This document shows positions 39,221-48,221 of a stretch of DNA of 64,000 nt, one piece after another. Position 1 is the first letter of the stretch. Every line of letters starts with the position of its first letter. Below the pieces are notes generated by a model, which worked only from the letters and a program-made list of their open reading frames with translations, made no database searches and was not told where the DNA came from. This stretch comes from Candidatus Omnitrophota bacterium (lineage in GTDB: Bacteria; Omnitrophota; Gorgyraeia; Zapsychrales; Zapsychraceae): contig JADFXQ010000003.1 in the NCBI GenBank assembly GCA_015233495.1, positions 5,860-69,859 of the forward strand, in the 5' to 3' direction. The position numbers and the translations under genes are program-made.

Positions 39221-40114
39221 TTAAACTGCCTTTTCCAATAAAACGCTGTCCATCACTCTTACCGCTTCCACTATGGGCCGGACATCGTGAACCCGGACTA
39301 TATGCGCCCCGCGGCTCACCGCCGCGCAGACCGCGGCGATTGTGCCGGATAACCGGTTTTCTACCGCGGCGTTAAGAATTTCTCCGATAAAAAATTTCCG
39401 CGATGGTCCGATCAAGACCGGTTGACCGATTTGATGAAAAGAATCCAGACGGTTAATGATTTCCAAGTTATGCGCCGTGGTCTTGCCAAAACCGATCCCC
39501 GGATCAATTATGATTTTATCGCGGCGGATCCCGGCGTCCAAACAAATATTGACCGCGCGGCGCAGGGCGTCATAAATTTCCTGGACCGCGTTGCCATAGT
39601 GAATATTTTTTTGCATGGTCCGGGGTTTGCCGCGCATATGCATCAAAACAACGGCCGCGCAATAATTGCGTACCGCGCGCAATAATGACTGCTCCGGTTT
39701 TTCCCCCAAAGAACAACCCTGAATCGTATTAATGATTGTCGCGCCGGCATCCAAAGCCGCCCGAGCCACGGAAACCTTGTAAGTGTCGACGGAAATCGGC
39801 ACCCGCAGTTTTCCGGCGATTGCTTTAACTACCGGGATCACCCGCCGGACTTCTTCGGCAGCGGAAACCGCGGCCGCTTGCGGCCGTGTTGACTCTCCGC
39901 CGATATCAATGATGTCCGCGCCTGCTTCCGCCATCCGGCAAGCCCGCTCGGCAGCGGCCCGCACATCTCCCGGCTTTTTTATCCGCAGCCCGTCGTTGCT
40001 AAACGAATCCGGCGTGACATTCAGGATCCCCATAACCGAGGTGCGCGCCCCCAAATGGTAGCGGCGGCCGCCAACCGTAATTTCGTAAACAGGACGCATA
40101 GGTTTTAATGACAA
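39221..40114 (-). CDS. folP: Dihydropteroate synthase
   Basis: MGILNVTPDSFS, IGGESTRP, DPGIGFGK, SRK, VRVHDV. Confidence 0.97.
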   Translation of the reverse strand: MSLKPMRPVYEITVGGRRYHLGARTSVMGILNVTPDSFSNDGLRIKKPGDVRAAAERACRMAEAGADIIDIGGESTRPQAAAVSAAEEVRRVIPVVKAIAGKLRVPISVDTYKVSVARAALDAGATIINTIQGCSLGEKPEQSLLRAVRNYCAAVVLMHMRGKPRTMQKNIHYGNAVQEIYDALRRAVNICLDAGIRRDKIIIDPGIGFGKTTAHNLEIINRLDSFHQIGQPVLIGPSRKFFIGEILNAAVENRLSGTIAAVCAAVSRGAHIVRVHDVRPIVEAVRVMDSVLLEKAV

Positions 40115-40117
40115 ATA

Positions 40118-42025
40118 TTACGCGGCACTCACCGTTTTCTCTGCGAATAAAGCCTTGGCTTCTTCGATATCCAATACTTCTTTCTCAATCAGCCGCTGCG
40201 CGATGATTTCCAATTTATCCTTATGGTCAAGCAACAATTTTTTCGCCCGATCATACGCTTCTTGGACTAAACGCCGCACTTCGAGATCAATCTGCCGCGC
40301 GGTTTCATCGCTGTAATCCTTACGCTGCATCAAATCGCGGCCGAGAAAACCCGGGCCTTCTTGTTCTTCATAAGCCAAAGGTCCCAAAGCATCGGTCATG
40401 CCATAGCGGCAAACCATTTGCCGAGCGATAGCCGTCACTTTTTGCAAATCATTAGAAACGCCTGTCGTCGTGTCTTTCGCAAAAATCTCTTCCGCCACCA
40501 TGCCGCCTAAAGATACCACCATCCGGCCTTTCAATTCTTTTCGGTTCATATAGTGCTTATCCTCAGTCGGCGGAGTTAAGGTATAGCCGCCGGCCATCCC
40601 GCGGGGGATAATCGAAACTTTCGTGAAGGTATTGACTTCTTCGATTAGGTACGACAAAAGCGCGTGTCCCGCTTCATGATAAGCGGTTTCTTCTTTTTCC
40701 TTTTTCGAAATGGCCCGGCTCTTTTTTTCCGGCCCCATGGTAACGCGCTCTACGGCCGCGTAAAATTCCGCCATCGTAACCGTGTCTTTATTCCGACGCG
40801 CGGCCAACAAAGCCGCTTCATTACACACGTTTGCCAGATCCGCTCCGGAAAAATAAACGGTTTGCTGGGCAATTTTTCGCAAATCCACGTCCGGGGATAA
40901 TTTGATGCCCAAAGAATGCACTTTTAAAATTCCTTCCCGGCCATTGATATCCGGCAAAGCGACTACGATCTGCCGGTCGAACCGCCCGGGCCTTAATAAC
41001 GCCGGGTCTAACGTGTCCGGCCGGTTGGTCGCCGCGATACAAATCACCCCGCCTTGCGTGTTGAACCCGTCCATTTCCACCAAAAGAGCATTGAGCGTCT
41101 GTTCGCGTTCATCATTGCCGCCGCCGATCCCGGCAAAACGCTGCCGGCCGACTGCGTCGATTTCATCAATAAAAATGATCGCCCCTTTCCCCGAAGTCAA
41201 AGATGCTTTGCGGCCCTGTTCGAACAGATCCCGCACTCGGGAAGCTCCAACCCCGACAAACATCTCGACAAAATCCGAACCGCTCAGCGAAAAAAACGGC
41301 ACTCCCGCTTCCCCGGCAACGGCGCGGGCTAAAAGGGTTTTGCCTGTGCCCGGAGGTCCGATCAACAAAACGCCTTTCGGAATTTTCCCGCCCAATCGTT
41401 GAAATTTTTTCGGCTCTTTTAAAAACTCAATGACTTCCTGCAATTCTTCCTTAGCCTCATCAACCCCGGCCACATTGGCAAAGGTCACTTCGCTTTTTTC
41501 ATTGTTCGACATCCGAGCCCGCGATTTTCCGAAAGACCAAATCCGGTTGCCCACTTGATTGCCGCGGAAAGACAAATACCAAAATAAAAAAAACAACAAG
41601 ACGATCGGACCGAAATTCATAAAAATCTGGCCCCAAAAAACCTGCGGCGGCACAACGGAAAAATTCGGAACATTTTCCCGGATCGCGTTTAAGAGCCCGT
41701 CGTCCTTCTGGGGAATATTCAACCGAAACGCTGTCCCGTCTTTCATCGTCCCTTTCAAGACATTCTCGGCGCTTTCGATCAATTGCAAATCTTTGATCTT
41801 GCCGGTTCGCGGGTTATCCTTAACTAAGGAATAAAATTCGCTGTAAGAAATTTTTTTGACTGATTCTTTCACCATATTGTCCGAATGGCTCAAAAGCATC
41901 AAAAAAATAAACCCCAAGACTACCCATACCACCCAATTATTATCCGGGGGCACCGGCCCTCTACGCTGTTGCCGCGGCGCTGCGGGCCGCTTGGGAATAT
42001 TGGTGGGCGGAAAAGACTGATTCAT
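40118..42025 (-). CDS. ftsH: ATP-dependent zinc metalloprotease FtsH
   Basis: Two TMs, [28 protein letters not shown]. Confidence 0.98.
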   Translation of the reverse strand: MNQSFPPTNIPKRPAAPRQQRRGPVPPDNNWVVWVVLGFIFLMLLSHSDNMVKESVKKISYSEFYSLVKDNPRTGKIKDLQLIESAENVLKGTMKDGTAFRLNIPQKDDGLLNAIRENVPNFSVVPPQVFWGQIFMNFGPIVLLFFLFWYLSFRGNQVGNRIWSFGKSRARMSNNEKSEVTFANVAGVDEAKEELQEVIEFLKEPKKFQRLGGKIPKGVLLIGPPGTGKTLLARAVAGEAGVPFFSLSGSDFVEMFVGVGASRVRDLFEQGRKASLTSGKGAIIFIDEIDAVGRQRFAGIGGGNDEREQTLNALLVEMDGFNTQGGVICIAATNRPDTLDPALLRPGRFDRQIVVALPDINGREGILKVHSLGIKLSPDVDLRKIAQQTVYFSGADLANVCNEAALLAARRNKDTVTMAEFYAAVERVTMGPEKKSRAISKKEKEETAYHEAGHALLSYLIEEVNTFTKVSIIPRGMAGGYTLTPPTEDKHYMNRKELKGRMVVSLGGMVAEEIFAKDTTTGVSNDLQKVTAIARQMVCRYGMTDALGPLAYEEQEGPGFLGRDLMQRKDYSDETARQIDLEVRRLVQEAYDRAKKLLLDHKDKLEIIAQRLIEKEVLDIEEAKALFAEKTVSAA

Positions 42026-42152
42026 ATTGCCAGATCCATTTTTAAAAGATTTAAAAAAACCGCTTTCACGATGCCTTAACGATTATAAACGAAACCGTCT
42101 TTTATTCAATCGAAATATCCAATTGACCTCGTCGCTTAATCAAGCCCGGTTC

Positions 42153-43151
42153 TTAGGCTGATGCTAATAACTTGAAAATTACCTGCGTATCGTTCATCTT
42201 AACCCGCAAACCCTGGGGCAAATCAATTTCCTCAACGCAGCGGCGCTGCGTCAGCATGGCCGCAATATTTTGTATATGCGCAAAAGTGATTTGGCGCGTA
42301 TCCCCCTTGAGCTTTTTGATCAATTGCCTAAGAACCGTCCGCTGGATGGCGGGATGCTGCCGGCTTAAAACCCCGCGGTCAACCGCGATCGTCGCGCGCC
42401 GGGGATTCAAAGTCGCCAACCGCGCGATCAATCGCCGCGCCGTCTGTTCGATAAAATCATAATCTGTGGCCGCGGCAGCTGCGTGATTCGCTAATATTTC
42501 GACGATCCGGGGATTATACTGCTTTCGCAGTAACGGCATCAGTTCGTGGCGGATTTGATTGCGGGTAAAATCCAGTTGCTTGTTCGTCGGATCAAGCCGA
42601 AAAGTCAATGATCCCGCAGCCAAAAAATCGAGAATTTGCGCGCGGCTGACTGGCAGCAGCGGACGGATAAATGCCACTTCTTCAATGATCCGACGCGGCC
42701 AGATCGCGCCCATTCCTTCTAACCCCGAACCGCGCAACAATCGCATTAAAACCGTCTCCGCCAGGTCGTCTTGATGCTGTCCCAAAGCCACCGCATCCGC
42801 TTTTATTTTTTTTGCCAGAGCGGTTAAAAAAGCTATCCGTTCGATCCGGGAGTTTTGCTCCAGCGACCCTTTGGCAATTCGAGGCTTTTCCCAAAAGCCA
42901 ACCTGCAACGGAACCCCCCATTGCTGTGCCAGCTTTTTGACAAACGCGGCGTCCGCAGCCTCGCCGCGGCGCAGCTGATGATTGAAATGCGCGAAATGCA
43001 GCCGGATTCCCAGTTCCTGGCGCAAGGCGCGCAAAACCGCGCCTAACGCGACCGAATCCGGCCCGCCGGAAATGCCGACGATGATCAAATCCCCTTTTCG
43101 GACCAATCGTTCTTGACGAATAAATTGAAGAATCTGATTCGGGAAGTTCAT
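42153..43151 (-). CDS. tilS: tRNA(Ile)-lysidine synthase
   Basis: SGGPDS, HQDDLAET, IRPLL, RNQIR. Confidence 0.95.
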   Translation of the reverse strand: MNFPNQILQFIRQERLVRKGDLIIVGISGGPDSVALGAVLRALRQELGIRLHFAHFNHQLRRGEAADAAFVKKLAQQWGVPLQVGFWEKPRIAKGSLEQNSRIERIAFLTALAKKIKADAVALGQHQDDLAETVLMRLLRGSGLEGMGAIWPRRIIEEVAFIRPLLPVSRAQILDFLAAGSLTFRLDPTNKQLDFTRNQIRHELMPLLRKQYNPRIVEILANHAAAAATDYDFIEQTARRLIARLATLNPRRATIAVDRGVLSRQHPAIQRTVLRQLIKKLKGDTRQITFAHIQNIAAMLTQRRCVEEIDLPQGLRVKMNDTQVIFKLLASA

Positions 43152-43205
43152 CCTGTTATGCCCGGGAAAAAATCAACTTGATAAATTTTATATTGCCAGG
43201 CTCCG

Positions 43206-43745
43206 TTAATCAGCCATGTAACCGCGCTGTTCCCGACGAGCTTCCTGATAGGCTTGACGCAACTGATCCGCGTAACGCATATGGGCGGGTTCAATATGCA
43301 GCTGGGCATAGCCCTGACGCAAAATTTCCGCGTTGATAAATAAATTATCTTCCTCCCGGAACACATACGCCACCGTATGCTGACGTTCATTGGTCTTTTC
43401 GCTGTCAAACTCCAGTTTGACTTTTTTCCCGACGACCAAACGGCGGATAAAATCCCGGGCTTGATCTTCCCAACTGATTTCGAAACTGGCCGGTTCCGCG
43501 GGCACCAGGAAACCATTTTCATCGCGCTTGACGCTATTACGCGAACGTGAAGTTTCTCCCACCGTCAAACCGATCAAGTCGACAACTTGGTCATCCTCCA
43601 AAAGGATCGTGTTCGGCCCCAAGACGTCTTTAACCACCTGATAAACGGATACGGTGTTGCCATTGAGAAAAGCGTCTAACCGGGATTGACCGAAAGCCGC
43701 GGCAGAGCTAAAAAAAACGAGACAAAAGAAAAATATTTTTTTCAT
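43206..43745 (-). CDS. Secreted staphylococcal-nuclease-fold protein with degenerate active site
   Basis: Signal peptide. AYVF...INAEILRQGYA...EARREQRG are SNase structural motifs. Confidence 0.8.
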   Translation of the reverse strand: MKKIFFFCLVFFSSAAAFGQSRLDAFLNGNTVSVYQVVKDVLGPNTILLEDDQVVDLIGLTVGETSRSRNSVKRDENGFLVPAEPASFEISWEDQARDFIRRLVVGKKVKLEFDSEKTNERQHTVAYVFREEDNLFINAEILRQGYAQLHIEPAHMRYADQLRQAYQEARREQRGYMAD

Positions 43746-43789
43746 GTTAAGACCGTGATTTTATTCCGAACGCAGTTTATTTTTCGATC

Positions 43790-43990
43790 CTATCCGGAAC
43801 GGGCAACCGTTTTTATAAAATTAACAATTGAGCGATCATAACCCTTCTCTATCCCAGGGGGGAAATAACAGGCCGGCAGGGCGGCTTTCTTGCGGTGATA
43901 AGCCACGCATTGACAGCAGACGCCTTTTTTGGCGCAGGACGCGAAGGTGCAATTGCAATTTTTCAGATTTTCTTCTTTAAGACACTCCAC
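43790..43990 (-). CDS. Small Cys-rich protein (DUF6485-like)
   Basis: CNCT..C.KKG.CCQC..H....LPACYF....YDRS. Confidence 0.75.
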   Translation of the reverse strand: MECLKEENLKNCNCTFASCAKKGVCCQCVAYHRKKAALPACYFPPGIEKGYDRSIVNFIKTVARSG

Positions 43991-44624
43991 TGGGAACAGC
44001 TCCTTCCTCGCGCTTCATTAATTGACGATACACGTGCGCCGAAGCGATGCCCACAGTGGGAATGGCGATCAATAAACCTACAAACAGGCACAATATACCC
44101 AACATCAGAATTCCGCAATACACGGCCCCAAATAGCAACAAGTTGAATGTCGAACCGCGAGTAATCGCAAAACTTTTATTCAAAGCCGCAATAATTCCTA
44201 AATCTTTATCCACGATCAAATAACCAAAAAATTGCAGACGGATAGCGAAAATAATTCCCGGGACAATCAGTAAAAGCAGGCCAAAGACCACCACCAAGCC
44301 GCATAAAAGTCCCGCCACAAATAATTTCCAAGCTAAACGCCAATGTTGAAATAATGTCGCATACTTTAATTTTATAAAATCACAAAATCCCAGGTAGATC
44401 TTCGTTAAACCGGCAGCGATAAGCGAACTTAAAACCACGGCCAAGAGATAAAAAAATAGAAAGGCGAACAATTGTTTTTTATCAAAATAACTCGACAATA
44501 ACTGCGGAACAAGCGGAACCAGCCACGCCAGCAGGATCATCCAAATAAAATATGCCTTATTGGCTTTTACCGAATCCCAACCGAACCGGATCGCTTCCTC
44601 CATCGAAAACCGTGGCTCGCGCAT
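43977..44624 (-). CDS. Conserved integral membrane protein
   Basis: 4-5 TMs, LLIVPGI and ALNKS..IT.G motifs. AGGAGG RBS. Confidence 0.8.
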   Translation of the reverse strand: MREPRFSMEEAIRFGWDSVKANKAYFIWMILLAWLVPLVPQLLSSYFDKKQLFAFLFFYLLAVVLSSLIAAGLTKIYLGFCDFIKLKYATLFQHWRLAWKLFVAGLLCGLVVVFGLLLLIVPGIIFAIRLQFFGYLIVDKDLGIIAALNKSFAITRGSTFNLLLFGAVYCGILMLGILCLFVGLLIAIPTVGIASAHVYRQLMKREEGAVPSGVS

Positions 44625-44639
44625 ATCCCGCTCCTCCTG

Positions 44640-44765
44640 TTATTTACTCGTCGCTTTATAAATCGCGTAACCGGCGGCCGCGCTTAAAGCCGTCCCGATA
44701 ACGGCGCATCCGGAAAATGAAACCAAGGTCAAGGCGAGTGCCGCAAGATAAATGAATTTTTTCAA
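44640..44765 (-). CDS. 41-aa putative lipoprotein
   Basis: TTG start after AAGGA. MKKFIYLAALALTLVSFSG-CAVIGTALSAAAGYAIYKATSK*. Not in the ORF track. Confidence 0.7.
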   Translation of the reverse strand: MKKFIYLAALALTLVSFSGCAVIGTALSAAAGYAIYKATSK

Positions 44766-44792
44766 CCTGACGTCCTTTGTGTGGGGCGGAGC

Positions 44793-45239
44793 TTAAGACT
44801 TGCCTTGCATCACATCCATGACCCGCTGGCTAACGCCTTGTTTTTTAAGATAGTCCAAATCCTCCGCGGTGAGGGCGAATTGGGATTTGGTGGTTTTGAG
44901 CTTAGCGATAATATCGTCGCTCGATAAGCCTTGTTTGGCGAGATCAACGACATTCTGGATCGAAAGCGCTGCCGCAGTCGTAGTGGCCGGCGCGGCGGTT
45001 GCGGCTTGCGGCTTATCGATCTGCGAACCCACAATCGCGCCTCCGGCTGCGCCTACAGCGCCGCCGATCAAAGCCCCAGCCACGTCGTTGCCGCCCTGAT
45101 GCCCGATGACCCCGCCGGCAACCGCGCCCAACAGACCGCCAATTCCGGCGCCTTCCCCGATCCGCGTTTTATTTTCAGCGCAACCCGTGAGCCATGCCAG
45201 TGTCACTACGGCTAAACCCAGACAAATAATTTTTTTCAT
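44793..45239 (-). CDS. Glycine-zipper lipoprotein
   Basis: Lipobox LTGC, GxxxG repeats, C-terminal helical domain. Confidence 0.85.
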   Translation of the reverse strand: MKKIICLGLAVVTLAWLTGCAENKTRIGEGAGIGGLLGAVAGGVIGHQGGNDVAGALIGGAVGAAGGAIVGSQIDKPQAATAAPATTTAAALSIQNVVDLAKQGLSSDDIIAKLKTTKSQFALTAEDLDYLKKQGVSQRVMDVMQGKS

Positions 45240-45324
45240 GCCGCGACTCCTGTTTGAGTAATTCCGGTTTATCTCTTTACTAAAATTTTATTAGGAATAT
45301 CTGTCCCGGCAATAGAAATTTTAA

Positions 45325-46095
45325 TTACTTTTCCCGGCAGGATTTTGGCTCGCCGCGTTTACGGCCAAAAATTTTACGGGCTGCCTGATACTCCGCCGCG
45401 AAACCCCATTTTTTAACCAACGCGTTCGCTTCCCGTTCAGCGTCACAAGAGACATTTCCCTTTAAAATATGTTCCAACACCCGATGGGCCAATTCATGCG
45501 CTATAACCCCTTCAATCGGCGCCGTCGACTTCGCCAGGTCATCTAAGGCCGTGCTCAATTTGATCAGAGTGAATCCGTTTTCAAAAGCCGGCGCGTATTC
45601 CGGGGAGGCGATAATTTCAGAAGAATTCCCGAACCGGGCAGTGCCGCCGGCGTAATATTCGGTGAAAACAACCGGACGGCGGCGGTCCGTGACGGTCACA
45701 AAATCGGCAAACGGGATCCGTTCCAAGACATTTTGAATCGCCATATAGACCTTCCCGGACGGGCCGCAAAATTCGTCTAAATATTCCCGCACTGCTTCTT
45801 TGCGGCTATTGGTCAGCCACTCTTGGACTTTTCCGTTTTGGATGTGAAAACTCAATAGACCGGCAAAATCTTCTTTTAAAGGATCATTGAAGGTCAACCA
45901 TTCATCCTCGCCGCGCTTTAAAAAAGTCCGCGCCTTATTGTGAGGATAAAGTTTAAAAAAATCATCCCGCGGCATACCAACGTAAACACCGTGAATTTGA
46001 ACCGGGTATCGCCCAGACGGTTCGGCAGACAGAACCAGAGGATTCAAGATTAAAAAAAATAGAATAATTATTGCTGGGATTTGGAGTTGACGCAT
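45325..46095 (-). CDS. Secreted putative zinc metallopeptidase (HExxH)
   Basis: Signal peptide, IAHELAH...EREAN. AAGGAG RBS. Confidence 0.65.
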   Translation of the reverse strand: MRQLQIPAIIILFFLILNPLVLSAEPSGRYPVQIHGVYVGMPRDDFFKLYPHNKARTFLKRGEDEWLTFNDPLKEDFAGLLSFHIQNGKVQEWLTNSRKEAVREYLDEFCGPSGKVYMAIQNVLERIPFADFVTVTDRRRPVVFTEYYAGGTARFGNSSEIIASPEYAPAFENGFTLIKLSTALDDLAKSTAPIEGVIAHELAHRVLEHILKGNVSCDAEREANALVKKWGFAAEYQAARKIFGRKRGEPKSCREK

Positions 46096-46139
46096 ATGAC
46101 TCCTTATGAAAGCTGAAAGGAGAGAGGTGAGCGGTGAAC

Positions 46140-46195
46140 GTTATTGCCGATTTGCGGCAATAACTTTATTTTTTTTCGCCTTTTGGCGAAAAAAA
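46140..46195. terminator. Two tandem hairpins downstream of tRNA-Met
   Basis: gttattgccg/cggcaataac and tttttttcgcc/ggcgaaaaaaa. Confidence 0.55.
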
Positions 46196-46269
46196 TAGCG
46201 GGGGGCGGAATTGAACCGCCGACACTGCGGGTATGAGCCGCATGCTCTAACCATCTGAGCTACCCCGCC
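46196..46269 (-). tRNA. tRNA-Met(CAT), elongator type
   Basis: Reverse complement GGCGGGGTAGCTCAGATGGTTAGAGCATGCGG-CTCATAC-CCGCAGTGTCGGCGGTTCAATTCCGCCCCCCGCTA. Lacks the initiator features. Confidence 0.9.
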
Positions 46270-46311
46270 ATCAAGGCTGATTCGCGAAAAACGAAGCCAG
46301 ATTGTACCGGA

Positions 46312-46614
46312 TTATCGCAAAAAAATCAAATATAAAAGCCAAACCGCGATCCCCGCGGCGATAAGATAAAAATCATTGAAATAAAAAAAATCGCGCATCC
46401 GTTCCGCGGAGGTATACACATACTCCACCGTTTCTTTCGCGATCACGCCGGCATTGCGCAGGGATAACACATCCGCCCGCTTCAATCGCAAAAATTTATT
46501 GGCAATGCGATACGCCTGCAAGTGACGCTGTTCGATCAGGTCCATCACTTTTTTTTCCGAGATTTCCAGCAGTTGTGCCGTTTCCCGAACCGATATATAT
46601 TGCGAGTTTGTCAT
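46312..46614 (-). CDS. Excisionase/MerR-like HTH protein with C-terminal TM anchor
   Basis: YISVRETAQLLEIS...LQAYRI...RLKRADV, then FYLIAAGIAVWLLYLIFLR. Confidence 0.75.
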   Translation of the reverse strand: MTNSQYISVRETAQLLEISEKKVMDLIEQRHLQAYRIANKFLRLKRADVLSLRNAGVIAKETVEYVYTSAERMRDFFYFNDFYLIAAGIAVWLLYLIFLR

Positions 46615-46656
46615 TCGTCAGTCTTCCCGCTGGTTTAATTGCCCGGCGTTACTGTC

Positions 46657-47208
46657 TTATCTCACCTGCCCGGTCGAAGCCCAAGAATCAATTTGGTCAC
46701 GGTCAAATTTCCATTCTTCCCCTTTGCGCACCGCGGGAATTTTTCCGGCTTTCGCCAATTCATCAATCTCCCGCGGATCAATTTCCAAATAACGCGCCAC
46801 ATCGCTCAATGTTAACAGATTATCCTCTCCCGGGCCATTGCTTTCGGCGCGCATCTGCATCATCCGGCAGTTGCCGTCAAAAACCGCCCCTTCGACGATA
46901 TTCAACTTCGGCGTTTCCACGTCGCCCTTGAGAATCGCGGTCGGCATAAGAACCAACATCCGTTTTGCCGCAATATTGCCATTTACCCGGCCGGCAATGA
47001 TTATATTCTCGCCTTTAATATGCGCTTCCACCTTCGCCATACCCCCGATAGTCAAAGTCCCGCAGACTTCCAAACTCCCTTGAAACGTCCCGTTGATTTT
47101 TAAATTCACGGGATCCTTAAAAACCAAAGACCCTTGCATTTCCGCGTTGATCTGGATGCTCTTATCTTCTTCGGGTTTAGGTAATTGTTTTTTCATTCCC
47201 AGCGCCAT
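46657..47208 (-). CDS. Bactofilin fused to a C-terminal excisionase-like HTH
   Basis: Beta-helix repeats (LKINGTFQGSL, IIIAGRVNGNI, IVEGAVFDGNC) followed by LLTLSDVARYLEI...GKIPAVRKGEEWKF. Confidence 0.85.
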   Translation of the reverse strand: MALGMKKQLPKPEEDKSIQINAEMQGSLVFKDPVNLKINGTFQGSLEVCGTLTIGGMAKVEAHIKGENIIIAGRVNGNIAAKRMLVLMPTAILKGDVETPKLNIVEGAVFDGNCRMMQMRAESNGPGEDNLLTLSDVARYLEIDPREIDELAKAGKIPAVRKGEEWKFDRDQIDSWASTGQVR

Positions 47209-47221
47209 AGATTTTTCTCCT

Positions 47222-48196
47222 TTAATTGTTTGCCGAATATAACCGATGCGCTAATCCCGCGATCATAGCAGCATTATCCATGCAAAACGGCAAAGCGGGA
47301 AAATAAATTTTGATACCTCGCTGCTGCGCTTCGCGGGTGAGCGCCGCGCGCAACGCGCTGTTCGCCGCGACCCCGCCCCCCACGATAATGGTTTGAAATC
47401 CTGTCTGGCCGCAAGCCAAGATCGTTTTTTCAACTAAGGACCGCACAACGCAATCCTGAAACGCCGCGGCCACCGATCCGACTGAAAAACCGGCGTCGCG
47501 CTCTTTTTGACGTTTATAATAAAGCACCGCGGTTTTCACGCCGCTGAAACTAAAATCTAAAGAACCCGGTAGTTTCGCCGCGGTAAAGGTTATTCCCGGC
47601 TGGGGAAATTCCCGGGCTAAACGATCAATCACGGGACCGCCCGGATATCCCAAATTCAATAAACGCGCGACTTTATCAAAAGCCTCTCCTGCCGCATCGT
47701 CACGCGTCTGACCAATAATTCGGAATTTTTTAAAACGCTCCACCGCGAATAAGCTGGAATGACCTCCGGAAACAACCAGCCCCACCGCCGGCAAGCGCGG
47801 CATATCTTCCTTGCGGCCTTGCTCTTTAGCGATTAAAAAAGCGGCGTATAAATGCGCCTCAATATGATTCACCCTAATCAAGGGTTTGCCAAGAGCGAAA
47901 CTGAGCGCGTTCGCAAAGGAAATTCCCACTAAAAGCGAACCGATTAAACCCGGCTCCCGCGTCACGGCGATCGCGTCGATTTGGGACAAATTTAACCCCG
48001 CCGCGTCCAACGCCAGGGCAACAACCGCCTGGATCGATTCCAATTGCCGCCGGGAAGCGATTTCCGGGATAATCCCGCCGTATTTTTCATGTTCCGCCAA
48101 ACTGGACGCGACAGTATGGGATAAAACTTCCACCCCATTCTCGACAACCGCGGCCGCGGTCTCATCACACGACGTCTCAATCCCCAATATCCGCAT
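47222..48196 (-). CDS. tsaD: tRNA N6-adenosine threonylcarbamoyltransferase
   Basis: GIETSCDET, HIEAH, VSGGH, GEAFDK, DNAAMI. Confidence 0.97.
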   Translation of the reverse strand: MRILGIETSCDETAAAVVENGVEVLSHTVASSLAEHEKYGGIIPEIASRRQLESIQAVVALALDAAGLNLSQIDAIAVTREPGLIGSLLVGISFANALSFALGKPLIRVNHIEAHLYAAFLIAKEQGRKEDMPRLPAVGLVVSGGHSSLFAVERFKKFRIIGQTRDDAAGEAFDKVARLLNLGYPGGPVIDRLAREFPQPGITFTAAKLPGSLDFSFSGVKTAVLYYKRQKERDAGFSVGSVAAAFQDCVVRSLVEKTILACGQTGFQTIIVGGGVAANSALRAALTREAQQRGIKIYFPALPFCMDNAAMIAGLAHRLYSANN

Positions 48197-48221
48197 AACC
48201 GTCTGAGCCTTTTTGGTTCTT

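Noticed and set aside
46196-47208. Prophage or integrative element (excisionase-like genes next to a tRNA)
   Set aside because: No integrase, att duplication or phage genes. The HTHs are fused to bactofilin and TM domains within a housekeeping run.
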